Source: a virus. Taken from it: a stretch of DNA of 64,000 nucleotides. Below are positions 46,285-57,492 of this stretch, piece after piece; position 1 is the stretch's first letter, and each line of letters opens with the position of its first letter. The notes beneath the pieces were generated by a model. It searched no databases and was not told where the DNA came from. It was given only the letters and a program-made list of their open reading frames with translations. A program made the translations under genes and the position numbers. The DNA is taken from positions 1 to 64,000 of the IMG/VR virus record IMGVR_UViG_3300017770_000005; one strand, written 5' to 3'.

Positions 46285-49200
46285 TGCATACAGAAGTACA
46301 TTCCGAGTCTGGCAGAGTCATTGTCATCAGTGACATAGCAGATAATGAATCTCAATCGTTTACAGTTGCAATTAGAGATCCCGCCGATTGGCAGGAAATG
46401 CATGACTATATTATAAATGAAAATGATCTTGATGGGATACCAAATAGAAGAATAGATTGTACTGCTGAAATGCCCTTCTCAACAAAAAGGGCAGTGTATC
46501 AGATTTCTGTGGAAGAAGCAGAAGTTTTAAGACAACATCCTAAAGTTGAATGGGTTGAAGAGTCTTCTACTTATAATCCAACTTGTCTTGAGCAAAGAAA
46601 GTATGATGAGAAATTTGATCGTCATGCTGATAAATTTAGATTTAAAGATACTAGCATTAGACATCTAAGAGCTGCTGGTACTCCAGGTTCGGATCTAGAT
46701 TTTACTCAATGGGGTTTACATCGTCATGGATATAAAAATGATCCTTTTGGATCAGAAACAAATGCAACAGCAGATATTAAGTACCAATTTACTGGTAAGA
46801 ATGTTGACGTTGTAATTATGGATACTGGAATTCGTTGGGATCACCCAGAATTCTTAAAACCTGGAGTTACAACTTTTGTTGATAAGAATAGTACAAGAGT
46901 TAGAGATATTCTAATCCATGGAGCATCTGAATATGGAATTGATTGGGAAGCAGAAGGATTGATTCCTGCAGGACAATCCACATATTCAAACTATACTGTA
47001 GCAAATGTTTTAGAATCAAGTACGTTTGGAAATCCTGGATCTTGGCACGGATCTCATGTTGGAGGAACTGCTGCTGGTAATCAATTTGGTGCAGCATTTG
47101 AAGCAAATATTTGGTCTATTGCTTGCGTAGATCGTTCTGATGTTGGTTGGGCAGAACCATCTGATGGATTTGATTATATTAAAGTATGGCATAAAAATAA
47201 ACCCATCAATCCAGAAACTGGAAAAAGAAATCCAACTATTGTAAATTGTAGTTGGGGACACAGGCAATTTATAAGAACTGATCTTTCTTCTGAAGCAACA
47301 TTTAGAGGAGTATCATATGGTGATGGTGGTGATTTTTACCGCAATGAAGCATATGACGCCATTTATTACCTAGACTATACGACTTCCGTATATAAAGGAT
47401 TTACCACTAGAAGAGTAAGTGGTCAAACCATAATGAATGAACTTCTAGATGATCCAGATTGTCAGGGTGTAGTTTTTATATGTTCTGCTGGTAATTCTGA
47501 CCACAAACAAGATACTATTGGTGGCATTGATTATAACAATCGATTTACTTCAGGATCACTTTATTATAGTACAGCTGGTTATGATAGTTATTTTCATAGA
47601 GGAGGAACTCCAGCAGTTGGTCATGAAGGAGCAGCAGATGCAGTAATTAGTGTTGCTGCTTTATCAGAATATTATAGTAACAGTCAAGAAACATTAGATA
47701 GTTATACAAATAGAGGACCAAGAACTGATATATCTGCTGCTGGTGGTGAGATTTTGTCTCCATGGGACGCAGGATATGATGATCCAAGAGATACGTCATT
47801 CCATAATAATTACTTACAAGGAACAAGTATGGCAGCACCAAATGTAACTGGTGTTCTTGCTTTATATTTACAATCAAGACCAGATGCAACAAGAGTTGAT
47901 GCTAGAAATTGGTTATTTGACCATGGATCTATAGTAGCACCACTAAGAGATTCTGAACCAGACTTTACGGATTCTAGTTATTGGGGAAGTAGTACTGCAC
48001 TGAGAAATACAATTCCAAGAGTTCTTTTCAATCCATTTGCAAATAATGAGAGAGTTTCAATTGTTCCTGGAGTTGAGCAAATTATCAAAGAAAATCTAGT
48101 TATGGAACTGGATGGTGAAAAAGAAGAAATTGTAGATAATATATGGAGAGATACAAGTCGTAATGGTTCTAATAATCTCGCAACATTAGATCCTGGTGTT
48201 GATTACTTTGGTGATCGTTACTCTTATCAATTTAATGGTAATGCTAAGGCAAGTATAGCCAATAATAGTGACTTCCAATCTATTGGAGAATTTACTATTG
48301 AACTTTGGTATAATCAACATACACACTCACTATCAAATGTATATCCAACAGTAATTTTTGGATCATGGAATGCTCTTGAAGTTGATGATAATGAGTTTGC
48401 AATTTACCAACAACCAGATGGCACATTGACATATGAACTTGCAGGTGGTTCTGCAAATTCTGGCATCACATCTACACATCAAACAACACCACAACTGAAT
48501 ACTTGGAATCATGTTGTTCTAACAAGAACTAGTAATAAAATTGATTTTTATCTGAATAAAGAAAAAACAACATATCAAGGAATTTATTCTCCAAATATTA
48601 CTTGCACTCTTGAAGCAAGAGTCGGAACAGACAACAGCACTGGAGATTTTATTAATAGAGTTACTGGTATTAGTGCTGGATCTGGGTATGAAACAGTACC
48701 AACAGTTAATGTTGTGAACCCTGGTGGTGCAACAGGTGCTACCTTTGTTGCATCATTAAGCACTCAAGGAACTTTTAAAAGATTTGAAGTTACTAGTGGT
48801 GGATCTGGATACACATATCCACCTGTTGTAACACTTGGTGGTGGTATGGCAGATGTTGGTGCTACCGCAGCAATTACTGCTGGTGTTGTTACGTCAATTT
48901 CCCTTGATGGTATTGTTTATGATACTACTAATTCCGATGATATCTTTCAGTTTGGTAGTGGAACTAGTATTGCAAGTAATGGATCTGGTAATGGAGAGCA
49001 GGGTGGATTTGACATTGGTGGAACACACTTAAGATTTGGTGATTCTGATGGTGGTATCCGTGCAGTTGTTGTAAATCCAGTCGATGCCACAGATTTTGAT
49101 ACTATTAGAATCTATGCTATTCGTGGTGATGACTTTAATGGTGGTGAACTTCCTGAGGGAGATTCTGGTGACGAAAGTCTAAGACTTTCTTATAATATTG

Positions 49201-50510
49201 GTGCTGGAGTTACTGATTCTTGGACAGATGCTGGTATCATTATTTGGCATGAAGGTCTTGATGGTACTTATGGAAATCCTGGTGGTGATTTGAGAAACTG
49301 GGACATTAGTATTCCTGGTATTGCAAGAACAGATAATGTCTACTTTAGATTGTATATGCCAAATAATAGTGGAACAATTTATGATAACTATGGTATTTTA
49401 AGTGTCTCATTTATTGATGAAGGCACGGAATATACTGATAGTACAGTTACATTAACACCCAATGCACTGGAGTCTAATCCATCGGGCATCACAACAGCAA
49501 CAGCAAATGTTTGGATCAATAAAAATATAACCGATATTGAACTAACTGATGGTGGTTCTGGATATGGTGGAACATATGCATTATCAATGTCAGGTGGAAA
49601 TCCAACTTCACCAGGATCTGGTCAAGCAGTTGCAGATGGAAATTTATACTATGATGGTTATGTTGGTATGGTGAGATACTATAAAGGTAGACCATTCATT
49701 CAAGATGAAGTCAATCAACATTATGAAGAGCAAATTGCAAGATTTGATCCAAGTAAGAAACCATCAATATCTTTTGGAAACTCAGATCCTAGTACCGATG
49801 CATCACTTGCTGATATAACTACAACTGGACTTGTAATGCACATTGATGGTCCAACTAAATTTGATACTGATTTAAGTGGTAATGGCAATGTACCAACTTA
49901 TTATAGTGATAATCCATATAATGGACTATCATATCTTAATTTTCAAGGAACTACCAATACTTCTGGTGGTGGATTACTTAGTGGTGTGAACATATCTGGA
50001 GGTTCCTTTGCAATGGAAGCATGGATTTATCTTCTAGGAGATCCTAATTCTGGCACAAATGGACAGATTGTATCTCAAGATGATGGTGGTAATGATGGGC
50101 AGGGATGGCAATGGAGAATAAGTGATGCTCCAGATTATCAACAAGATTTTGTATATTTTACTTCTTCATCAAGAGGTTCTGCAGTTGATCTCTCAGCAGC
50201 ACCAACTCCAATTCCTTTAAATAAATGGAGTCACGTTGCAGTTACATATGATGGAACTGATATTAGAATGTACTTGAATGGTGTTCAAGATTTTATCCAC
50301 ACACCAGCATCTTCACTTTATGCAAGCAGTACTCAGATAGGAATTGGAAGATATGGTGGCACCGCTTTTGCTAGCAGTTATAGATTAAATGCTAGATATG
50401 GTGCTGTCCGTCTTTACAATCAGTTCTTAACTGGTGATCAAATCAAATCACACTATGATTTACAAAAGTATCGTTTCATCCCTCAATCTCTCACTTTATC
50501 ATACGAATAA
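46284..50510 (+). CDS. Subtilisin-like S8 serine protease fused to LamG/ConA-like domains
   Basis: Triad motifs VVIMDTG, HGSHVGGTAAG, GTSMAAPNVTG; SAGN oxyanion motif; W.HV..T LamG motifs. Confidence 0.9.
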   Translation: MHTEVHSESGRVIVISDIADNESQSFTVAIRDPADWQEMHDYIINENDLDGIPNRRIDCTAEMPFSTKRAVYQISVEEAEVLRQHPKVEWVEESSTYNPTCLEQRKYDEKFDRHADKFRFKDTSIRHLRAAGTPGSDLDFTQWGLHRHGYKNDPFGSETNATADIKYQFTGKNVDVVIMDTGIRWDHPEFLKPGVTTFVDKNSTRVRDILIHGASEYGIDWEAEGLIPAGQSTYSNYTVANVLESSTFGNPGSWHGSHVGGTAAGNQFGAAFEANIWSIACVDRSDVGWAEPSDGFDYIKVWHKNKPINPETGKRNPTIVNCSWGHRQFIRTDLSSEATFRGVSYGDGGDFYRNEAYDAIYYLDYTTSVYKGFTTRRVSGQTIMNELLDDPDCQGVVFICSAGNSDHKQDTIGGIDYNNRFTSGSLYYSTAGYDSYFHRGGTPAVGHEGAADAVISVAALSEYYSNSQETLDSYTNRGPRTDISAAGGEILSPWDAGYDDPRDTSFHNNYLQGTSMAAPNVTGVLALYLQSRPDATRVDARNWLFDHGSIVAPLRDSEPDFTDSSYWGSSTALRNTIPRVLFNPFANNERVSIVPGVEQIIKENLVMELDGEKEEIVDNIWRDTSRNGSNNLATLDPGVDYFGDRYSYQFNGNAKASIANNSDFQSIGEFTIELWYNQHTHSLSNVYPTVIFGSWNALEVDDNEFAIYQQPDGTLTYELAGGSANSGITSTHQTTPQLNTWNHVVLTRTSNKIDFYLNKEKTTYQGIYSPNITCTLEARVGTDNSTGDFINRVTGISAGSGYETVPTVNVVNPGGATGATFVASLSTQGTFKRFEVTSGGSGYTYPPVVTLGGGMADVGATAAITAGVVTSISLDGIVYDTTNSDDIFQFGSGTSIASNGSGNGEQGGFDIGGTHLRFGDSDGGIRAVVVNPVDATDFDTIRIYAIRGDDFNGGELPEGDSGDESLRLSYNIGAGVTDSWTDAGIIIWHEGLDGTYGNPGGDLRNWDISIPGIARTDNVYFRLYMPNNSGTIYDNYGILSVSFIDEGTEYTDSTVTLTPNALESNPSGITTATANVWINKNITDIELTDGGSGYGGTYALSMSGGNPTSPGSGQAVADGNLYYDGYVGMVRYYKGRPFIQDEVNQHYEEQIARFDPSKKPSISFGNSDPSTDASLADITTTGLVMHIDGPTKFDTDLSGNGNVPTYYSDNPYNGLSYLNFQGTTNTSGGGLLSGVNISGGSFAMEAWIYLLGDPNSGTNGQIVSQDDGGNDGQGWQWRISDAPDYQQDFVYFTSSSRGSAVDLSAAPTPIPLNKWSHVAVTYDGTDIRMYLNGVQDFIHTPASSLYASSTQIGIGRYGGTAFASSYRLNARYGAVRLYNQFLTGDQIKSHYDLQKYRFIPQSLTLSYE

Positions 50511-50527
50511 ATAACTAAAAAAGACTT

Positions 50528-53137
50528 ATGGCCAATAAGGATTTTGGTGTAAAGAAGATAGAACTTATTGGTTCATCTGGCACCCCAAATTTAACTAGTC
50601 CAACTAACCTAAACTTAAACGCAAATACTGTTGCGATTAGTACGGATGTCACGATCGGAGGTAAAGTTCAATCAGATGTCATTGTTGGTAGTGGATATTC
50701 AGTAGGTATTGGTAGTACACAACCACAGCAAGCACTTGATGTTAGTGGAACAATTCGTGCTACTGCTTTTGTAACTCCTGATGGTCCCATTGGTGCTGGT
50801 GGAGGTGGTGGTGGTGTAACTGGTGTAACAATCAGAGAAGAAGGATCTGTCGTCGGTGTTGCAAATAGTATTACTGATATTGATTTTGTCAGTAGTAATT
50901 TAACAGCAACTGCATCTGGTGCTGATGCCACAATCACATTATCAGATACACCATCATTCACTTCAGCAGTAGTAGGATCTGCAGTTAATATTAATTCTAC
51001 TGGTGTCAATGTTGTTGGTACTGTAACTGCAACATCATTTTCTGGTGATGGTTCACAACTTACCAACATTGGTGCAGGAACAACTAGTGAATGGACTTTG
51101 GGTGCAAATGGTAGTAGTGATTATACATTCACTGGTCCTGGTCTAACTGGTGCAGAGAATGATCCCACACTCTACTTAGTAAGAGGTCAGTCATATAGAT
51201 TTACTAATAACATGGGTGCTCACCCATTCAGAATTCAGAGCACTGTAAACGGATCTACTGGAAGTCAATATAATGATGGTATCACAAATAATGATGTAAG
51301 CAACGGAACTCTAGTATGGGATGTTCAGTTTGATACTCCTGACACTCTATATTATCAGTGTACTGCTCATGGTGGTATGGGTGGTCCAATCTTTATTGTT
51401 GGAGAATCACCCAACAAAGAACTTACACAACTTACAGTCACTGGTGTTGCTACAATTACCAATGGTAGAATTCAATCGGGTGGAGCATCCAACCTAAGAT
51501 TTGGTAACATTGCTGCTGGATCTGGTAGTGGTAGAAATATTGCAATTGGTGATCAGGTTCTAGGTTCACTCTCTAGTGGTAACGGTAGAAATATTGGTCT
51601 CGGTGAACTTTCACTTAATAATGTAAATTCTGGTGGATATAACATTGGTCTTGGTATCAAAGCAGGACAATTAATCACAAATGGTCAATATAATGTTGTT
51701 ATTGGGGGATATGATGGTAACTCTGGTAATCTAGACATCAGAACTCTATCTAATCGAGTTATTATTGCTGACGGTGAAGGAAATATTAGACAATATATCA
51801 ACAACTCTGGAAGAACTGGTATCAATACAACAGTTCTCACAGACATGCTAACTGTTGGTGGTAGTGTTACTGCCACATCTTACTCTGGTGCTGCTTCTGG
51901 ACTTACAGGATTGCCTGCTGGGCAACTCACAGGAGCACTACCTGCACTCGATGGTTCTGCACTTACTGGTGTATCTGCTGTTGGATCTGGTATTGAAGTC
52001 AAGGATAGTGGTTCAGCAGTTGGTGCTGCTGCAACCATTGATTTCTCTACTGGTTTAGATGTATCTCCAGTATCTGCTGGTGTTGTCACAATCACAGCAT
52101 CTATTCCTGGTATCAGCACAACAGGAACTTCTGGTTTTAGTGATATTACTAGTACTGGTATTGATGTAACTGGACATACTGAGACTGATAGTTTAAGAGT
52201 TTCTGGTGTTTCTACATTCGATGATGTAAAAGCAACAAGGGTGTCTACTGGTGACGGTTTCAGTTCTGGATTGAAGGTTGGTGTAGGTGATGATCTTTCA
52301 ATATATGAAACTAGTAGTGATGTTGGGATGAGCTATGGTGGTACTGGACTACTATTTGTGCGTACTGGTGGAAACTATCAAATTGATAAAAATGGTTCAA
52401 AGAGAATTTATGCATACTCTTCTGGTGAAGTAGACCTTTATTATAACAATTTCTTAAGACTTCAAACAACAACTAACGGAATTACTGTTTATGGTAATGT
52501 AACACTTTCTGGTTCTGGTTCAGAGTTTGTTGGTTCTGGTGCTGGTCTCACAAGTATTCCTTCAGGTGAACTTACTGGTTCATTACCTGCTATTGATGGA
52601 TCTGCACTACTCAACGTTAATGCAACTGGTGATGGTGTTGTTGTTGAAAACAGTGGGTCAAACGTTGGTTCAGCAAAGACTATCAACTTTGATACTGGTC
52701 TAGATGTTAGTTACGGTTCTGGTATTGCTACTGTTACTGCATCTGGTGGTTCACTACAAAACAGAACAATAGTTTCTGCATCAACAACATCTATTGCAGA
52801 CAATGCTGTAGGTCTTGTAACAGTTACTGGATTTAAGTCTTATGCACTGATGAAAGTTGGTCTATCTACAGCAGGTTGGATTAGAATATATACTGATAGT
52901 GAATCTAGAACTGCTGATTCTAGTAGAAGTGTTGGGGAAGATCCAGCAGCAGGAAGTGGAGTTATTGCTGAAGTTGTAACGACAGGAATCTCTACTGAAC
53001 AAAAAATCTCTCCATTCACAATGGGTGGAAACATGAATGATCCAGTTGATGCCACGATTTATATGGCAGTCACAAATCTATCTGGAAGCACACAATCAAT
53101 CAATGCAAATCTAACCATTCTTCAACTAGAGGCATAA
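50528..53137 (+). CDS. Tail fibre-like protein with cupredoxin-like domain
   Basis: Fibre repeats; L.RG..Y.F....AHPF...LYYQCTAHGGMGG; ATAAATA at 50507. Confidence 0.78.
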   Translation: MANKDFGVKKIELIGSSGTPNLTSPTNLNLNANTVAISTDVTIGGKVQSDVIVGSGYSVGIGSTQPQQALDVSGTIRATAFVTPDGPIGAGGGGGGVTGVTIREEGSVVGVANSITDIDFVSSNLTATASGADATITLSDTPSFTSAVVGSAVNINSTGVNVVGTVTATSFSGDGSQLTNIGAGTTSEWTLGANGSSDYTFTGPGLTGAENDPTLYLVRGQSYRFTNNMGAHPFRIQSTVNGSTGSQYNDGITNNDVSNGTLVWDVQFDTPDTLYYQCTAHGGMGGPIFIVGESPNKELTQLTVTGVATITNGRIQSGGASNLRFGNIAAGSGSGRNIAIGDQVLGSLSSGNGRNIGLGELSLNNVNSGGYNIGLGIKAGQLITNGQYNVVIGGYDGNSGNLDIRTLSNRVIIADGEGNIRQYINNSGRTGINTTVLTDMLTVGGSVTATSYSGAASGLTGLPAGQLTGALPALDGSALTGVSAVGSGIEVKDSGSAVGAAATIDFSTGLDVSPVSAGVVTITASIPGISTTGTSGFSDITSTGIDVTGHTETDSLRVSGVSTFDDVKATRVSTGDGFSSGLKVGVGDDLSIYETSSDVGMSYGGTGLLFVRTGGNYQIDKNGSKRIYAYSSGEVDLYYNNFLRLQTTTNGITVYGNVTLSGSGSEFVGSGAGLTSIPSGELTGSLPAIDGSALLNVNATGDGVVVENSGSNVGSAKTINFDTGLDVSYGSGIATVTASGGSLQNRTIVSASTTSIADNAVGLVTVTGFKSYALMKVGLSTAGWIRIYTDSESRTADSSRSVGEDPAAGSGVIAEVVTTGISTEQKISPFTMGGNMNDPVDATIYMAVTNLSGSTQSINANLTILQLEA

Positions 53138-53140
53138 TAA

Positions 53141-55093
53141 ATGGCAATTACTACAAACACAGTTTCTATTGCAGGAACTTGGACAAAAGTAAATCACTTA
53201 GAACAACTTGGTGAAGCTCTTGAGTGGTTAGGTTGGCACAGTATTGCTGGTTCTGGATCTTCAGAAACGGGTAAAGTTTGTGGACTTCAAACATTTTATG
53301 GTGGTGGATCATTACCTAATGCAGATCCCAAACAACCAGAATATCAAGATGTATTTCCTATAGCAACAACTGGTATTGGAACTGGAGCATCATTCTTGGT
53401 GCAAAGATGTCCACTCGACAACGACAACGGTTCAGGTGTCAGAGTTGTTGATGCGATTATGGCTAATCGTCCTGGATACGGATATACTGGTGGAGAAGTT
53501 GTAACACTTTCTGCTGAAGATATTGGTGGTTCTTCAAATGGTGCAACAAATATTACAATTCCAGTTGTTATTGAATCTGATATAACTGGTGGTAATTCTT
53601 ATATTTGTACATTTACAGGATCCAGCCCTATGACCATGGAAGCATATGGTAGAAATGGATTTGTTTCTGGATCATGCACTAACACCTATGTTGAAATTCA
53701 AGAAGGTGACACTATAACCTTTGATAATAACACTGGTGCATGGAATATGGCACTTTGTTGGAGAAATCATCCAATCCAAAATAATTTATTTCATGAATAT
53801 AGCAACGAAAACAGAGTTTTTAATGCCAATGTATTCAATAACGGAGGAACGGGAACATTTACTCCAATCTCTGGTCAAGCAGGAAAGTATTTCTTACGTG
53901 AAGATAGCACAGATATTAGAGATATTGTCAATAATGATGTAGGTAATATAATTGTAACTGCAGCAACTTCTGGTATTTCTACAGTTGGTTTTGGTACAAC
54001 AAACAGTTGGTATCATGTTGACTATTCAAATACATCATACCCATGGGCAGTTTGGAGACAAAGTTTTGACGAGAATAAAAAGTTTGGTGCAACCTATAGA
54101 TTATTTGGAATTAATAATAACTTCCTTGGCATTACTCAATGGGTTGGTAGTGGATGGCAACCTTCAACAAGATCGCAATATGTTTATTTCAGTGGTGGTC
54201 ATGGATATGGTATGAGATTTGCTGGTGCAAATGGATTAGATAATGGTTACGGAGGTCATATGTATGAGACATATGCTACATTTGAAAGTGGACTTACTGG
54301 AAATAATCTTACTGCCCATACAAATGCAGGTTTATCCCATGGTGGAACTGCAAACAAAGCCCTTGACTTAAACATTTATAGATCAGGAATTGATACCGAT
54401 TTTGCAGTATTTTCATATTATGAACCAGATGTATCTGCAACAAGATGGGACGGAAGAAGTGTCAATGCATGGTTCTTCCATAACTTCTCACAGAATGTTT
54501 GGGATCTAGATGAATGCTTTACATCTGGAACAACTTTTATTAGTCCTGGTTCACAAGGTGGTGTAAATCCATACATTCGTATCCAAACACAAGTTGGTGG
54601 AACTCACCGTGTAGGTTATGATGATAATCCTTCAAGACGTTCTGGTGAATTTGGTTATTCATCTCTTGATAATGGTTATGATTTTAATAATTTTATTACT
54701 ACTGATTACTATTCTGAGATAGTTCCAGCAAGATCTTCTGCTACCATCAATCCTGCTGATGAAATGAGAATTTACCATAGATCAACAAATTCTTCATTAA
54801 ATCAGAAAGATTTGAGTACTGGTTCAGGTGGAACAACAGGACAAGATACCGTAGGTGTTGATTTTAATCCAGTCATTAAAGGAATTCCAATTAGTGGTAA
54901 GATGGTTCCTTGTCCATATTATATTCCAGACGATTTTGTGTTGATTGATTTCTTCTATGCTTCCGATAACGAATTCATCGACCAGGGAGATACAATTACA
55001 ATTAGTGGTAGTGAAGTATACACAATAATTGTTGCATCATATTATCAAGGATCAGGAACAACAGGTATTGCATTCTGTGCGAGGACAACCTAA
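53141..55093 (+). CDS. Putative virion protein, cassette A large gene
   Basis: Full-length paralogue of 55352-57271. Confidence 0.8.
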   Translation: MAITTNTVSIAGTWTKVNHLEQLGEALEWLGWHSIAGSGSSETGKVCGLQTFYGGGSLPNADPKQPEYQDVFPIATTGIGTGASFLVQRCPLDNDNGSGVRVVDAIMANRPGYGYTGGEVVTLSAEDIGGSSNGATNITIPVVIESDITGGNSYICTFTGSSPMTMEAYGRNGFVSGSCTNTYVEIQEGDTITFDNNTGAWNMALCWRNHPIQNNLFHEYSNENRVFNANVFNNGGTGTFTPISGQAGKYFLREDSTDIRDIVNNDVGNIIVTAATSGISTVGFGTTNSWYHVDYSNTSYPWAVWRQSFDENKKFGATYRLFGINNNFLGITQWVGSGWQPSTRSQYVYFSGGHGYGMRFAGANGLDNGYGGHMYETYATFESGLTGNNLTAHTNAGLSHGGTANKALDLNIYRSGIDTDFAVFSYYEPDVSATRWDGRSVNAWFFHNFSQNVWDLDECFTSGTTFISPGSQGGVNPYIRIQTQVGGTHRVGYDDNPSRRSGEFGYSSLDNGYDFNNFITTDYYSEIVPARSSATINPADEMRIYHRSTNSSLNQKDLSTGSGGTTGQDTVGVDFNPVIKGIPISGKMVPCPYYIPDDFVLIDFFYASDNEFIDQGDTITISGSEVYTIIVASYYQGSGTTGIAFCARTT

Positions 55094-55335
55094 TGGCAGA
55101 CTATTCTTTTTCACATATAACCACACCATCACGAAGTATGTTCGATACTGTTACCAGATTTACAACTGGTAGCACTATTCGATCGGGAGATAGTCCTTTT
55201 TATATTACTACAACTAATGGTGGTATCCAATTAAGAGCATTTGATGTCACACATACATCTGGCACAATAAATGTCTTTAATAGTAGTCAAGATAGACCAC
55301 CAAATGGTCAGATGTATCCTAGATTTAATAAATAA
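55093..55335 (+). CDS. Small protein, cassette A
   Basis: MADYSF...GQMYPR; TAATG coupling. Confidence 0.75.
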   Translation: MADYSFSHITTPSRSMFDTVTRFTTGSTIRSGDSPFYITTTNGGIQLRAFDVTHTSGTINVFNSSQDRPPNGQMYPRFNK

Positions 55336-55351
55336 CTAAAAATAAAAACCA

Positions 55352-57271
55352 ATGGCAATATCCACACATACAGTATCTATTGCTGGAACATGGACAAAAG
55401 CAGATCTCATCAATCAGTGGGAAGATGCTTTTGAGTGGTTAGAATGGCATGGTGATACAAAAACTGGATTAATTATTGGAATCTCTACATTTACTGGTGG
55501 AGATTATAGAGAGGGAACTAGTGATGCTGATCATTATGATGTTTTTGCAAAATCAACATCTGGAATTGGAACTGGTGCATCATTCTCTGTTGATTTAAGT
55601 AATGGTGGTATTAACCATGTTCGTGTTAATCGTCCTGGATACGGATACACTGGTGGAGAAGAAATTACAATTGATGGGGCAGATATTGATAGAACTTCTG
55701 GTGTAGGAGATATTAGTTTTAAGGTTGCAATTGCATCAACTATTACCAATGCAGTTTCATATGCAATAACTGCCACTGATTATTTTGTACTTTCTGGAAC
55801 TGATAGAAATGGTGTAGTATCTGGAAAAGCAACCTCTATTACAATTAAAGAAGGTGATACTCTAAAGTTTGATAATAATATGAGTAACAGTAGTTATCGT
55901 TTAAATATTGTTTGGAATTGTGATGAACAATCTGGTACAAGTGTTGGAAGTACAAATAGGGTATTTAATGTTTATGGACAAAATGCAATTTATAATACTG
56001 GAGAAATGTTCTGGACTCCAGTTTCTGGGCAAGCAGGAACATATTTGGTGAGAGATGATAATGGTAATGAGGGTATAAGTGGTGTAGGTACAATTACAGT
56101 ATTGCCCGCAAGTCCTTCAGATGTCACTGCACTTGGATATGGTAGCACAACTACATTCTATGCAAAAAATACCACCAATGCATATCCATATGGTGTATTA
56201 AGACATGTAATTGCAGAAAACAAAAAGTTTGGTGATACTTATCGTGGATTTAGTTTTCGTGATACTACTAATATAGTTTTCAGTGTAGGTTCTGCATTTT
56301 CTCCACATAAACCTTGGGATTCCGATCACGGATCTTCTGCCAATGGAGGTTCTCAGTATCCCGAAAGGATGGCAGGAAATTCTTTCTTAGATACTTATCT
56401 TCAACCACAAAGTACCCAGGCAAGTTTAACGAATTCTTCTCATTATCAATATACTCAAAATGGATATACTGATGGTACTCGATTTCAAACTGGTGGAAAT
56501 ACAACAGAGCAATTAGATCTAAACATTTATAGATCCAGTTTAGATCCTAAGTTTGTTGTAATGTCATATAAAGCACCTACAGTATCAAGTACCAAACTTA
56601 GAGAAAATACTTTTGATACAATCATCTTCCACAACTTTACAAATGATAATTTGTGGGATAATGATGATCTATTCTTAGGTGGGTATACACAAATTATCCC
56701 AAGTGCCGATTATACAAATGATAATTTACCATCGTTAGAATTCCGTACTAGTCTCACTGGTAATCATGACGATGGCAATAATAGATACCCATCTAAGAGA
56801 ATGGCAGAATTTGGATATGAAGGTATTAAATTGAGTGGCACTGATCCATATTATGTACAACAATATTGTAGTTATTATATTCAACCAACAAATAATTCTG
56901 CGGGTGGTAGTACACCAATGACTTTTGATCATGGGAGAGTATATTACAGAAATGCTTCAGATGATCCAGAAAGATCATGGGGTGGTACTTCTCAACAAGA
57001 ATCTGGCAATCAATACGATAAAATTGGAGCAGGTGCAGATTTCAATGCTGTAGTCAAAGGTATTCCATTGAACGGAAACCTAATTCCAGTTCCGTATTAT
57101 ATTCCAGATGATTTTGTAATAATTAATTTCCATTATAGTAACCCAAATACAAATATTTCTCAAGGTGATACAATCACCATCAGTGGTAGTGAAGTTTATA
57201 CTGTAATCACTGGTTCTTATAACCAGGATACACACACTAGAGGTATTCTATTCTGTGCGAGGTCAACCTAA
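55352..57271 (+). CDS. Putative virion protein, cassette B large gene
   Basis: Paralogue of 53141-55093; ATAAATA at 55328. Confidence 0.8.
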   Translation: MAISTHTVSIAGTWTKADLINQWEDAFEWLEWHGDTKTGLIIGISTFTGGDYREGTSDADHYDVFAKSTSGIGTGASFSVDLSNGGINHVRVNRPGYGYTGGEEITIDGADIDRTSGVGDISFKVAIASTITNAVSYAITATDYFVLSGTDRNGVVSGKATSITIKEGDTLKFDNNMSNSSYRLNIVWNCDEQSGTSVGSTNRVFNVYGQNAIYNTGEMFWTPVSGQAGTYLVRDDNGNEGISGVGTITVLPASPSDVTALGYGSTTTFYAKNTTNAYPYGVLRHVIAENKKFGDTYRGFSFRDTTNIVFSVGSAFSPHKPWDSDHGSSANGGSQYPERMAGNSFLDTYLQPQSTQASLTNSSHYQYTQNGYTDGTRFQTGGNTTEQLDLNIYRSSLDPKFVVMSYKAPTVSSTKLRENTFDTIIFHNFTNDNLWDNDDLFLGGYTQIIPSADYTNDNLPSLEFRTSLTGNHDDGNNRYPSKRMAEFGYEGIKLSGTDPYYVQQYCSYYIQPTNNSAGGSTPMTFDHGRVYYRNASDDPERSWGGTSQQESGNQYDKIGAGADFNAVVKGIPLNGNLIPVPYYIPDDFVIINFHYSNPNTNISQGDTITISGSEVYTVITGSYNQDTHTRGILFCARST

Positions 57272-57492
57272 TGGCAGACTGGTCTTTTCCATCACTTACT
57301 ACAGTTAAAGTAGGATTTGTAACAACTACTGTACAGATTGGTAATAATATTATTTCAGTAAATCCTGGAATAAGTTATAAAGATAACACCAACTTTGTCT
57401 TTACGAACATAAGTCCACAAGTACCTGGATTCTTGACTGGTCGTAGACTTGGAGTTGGTCAATTATATCCCAGAGGTGTATATAATAAATAG
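57271..57492 (+). CDS. Small protein, cassette B
   Basis: MADWSF...GQLYPR; TAATG coupling. Confidence 0.75.
   Translation: MADWSFPSLTTVKVGFVTTTVQIGNNIISVNPGISYKDNTNFVFTNISPQVPGFLTGRRLGVGQLYPRGVYNK

Noticed and set aside
53141-57492. Possible diversity-generating retroelement or invertible fibre cassette
   Set aside because: No reverse transcriptase or recombinase in the window, no adenine-specific repeat pair noticed, and the copies are direct full-length paralogues.
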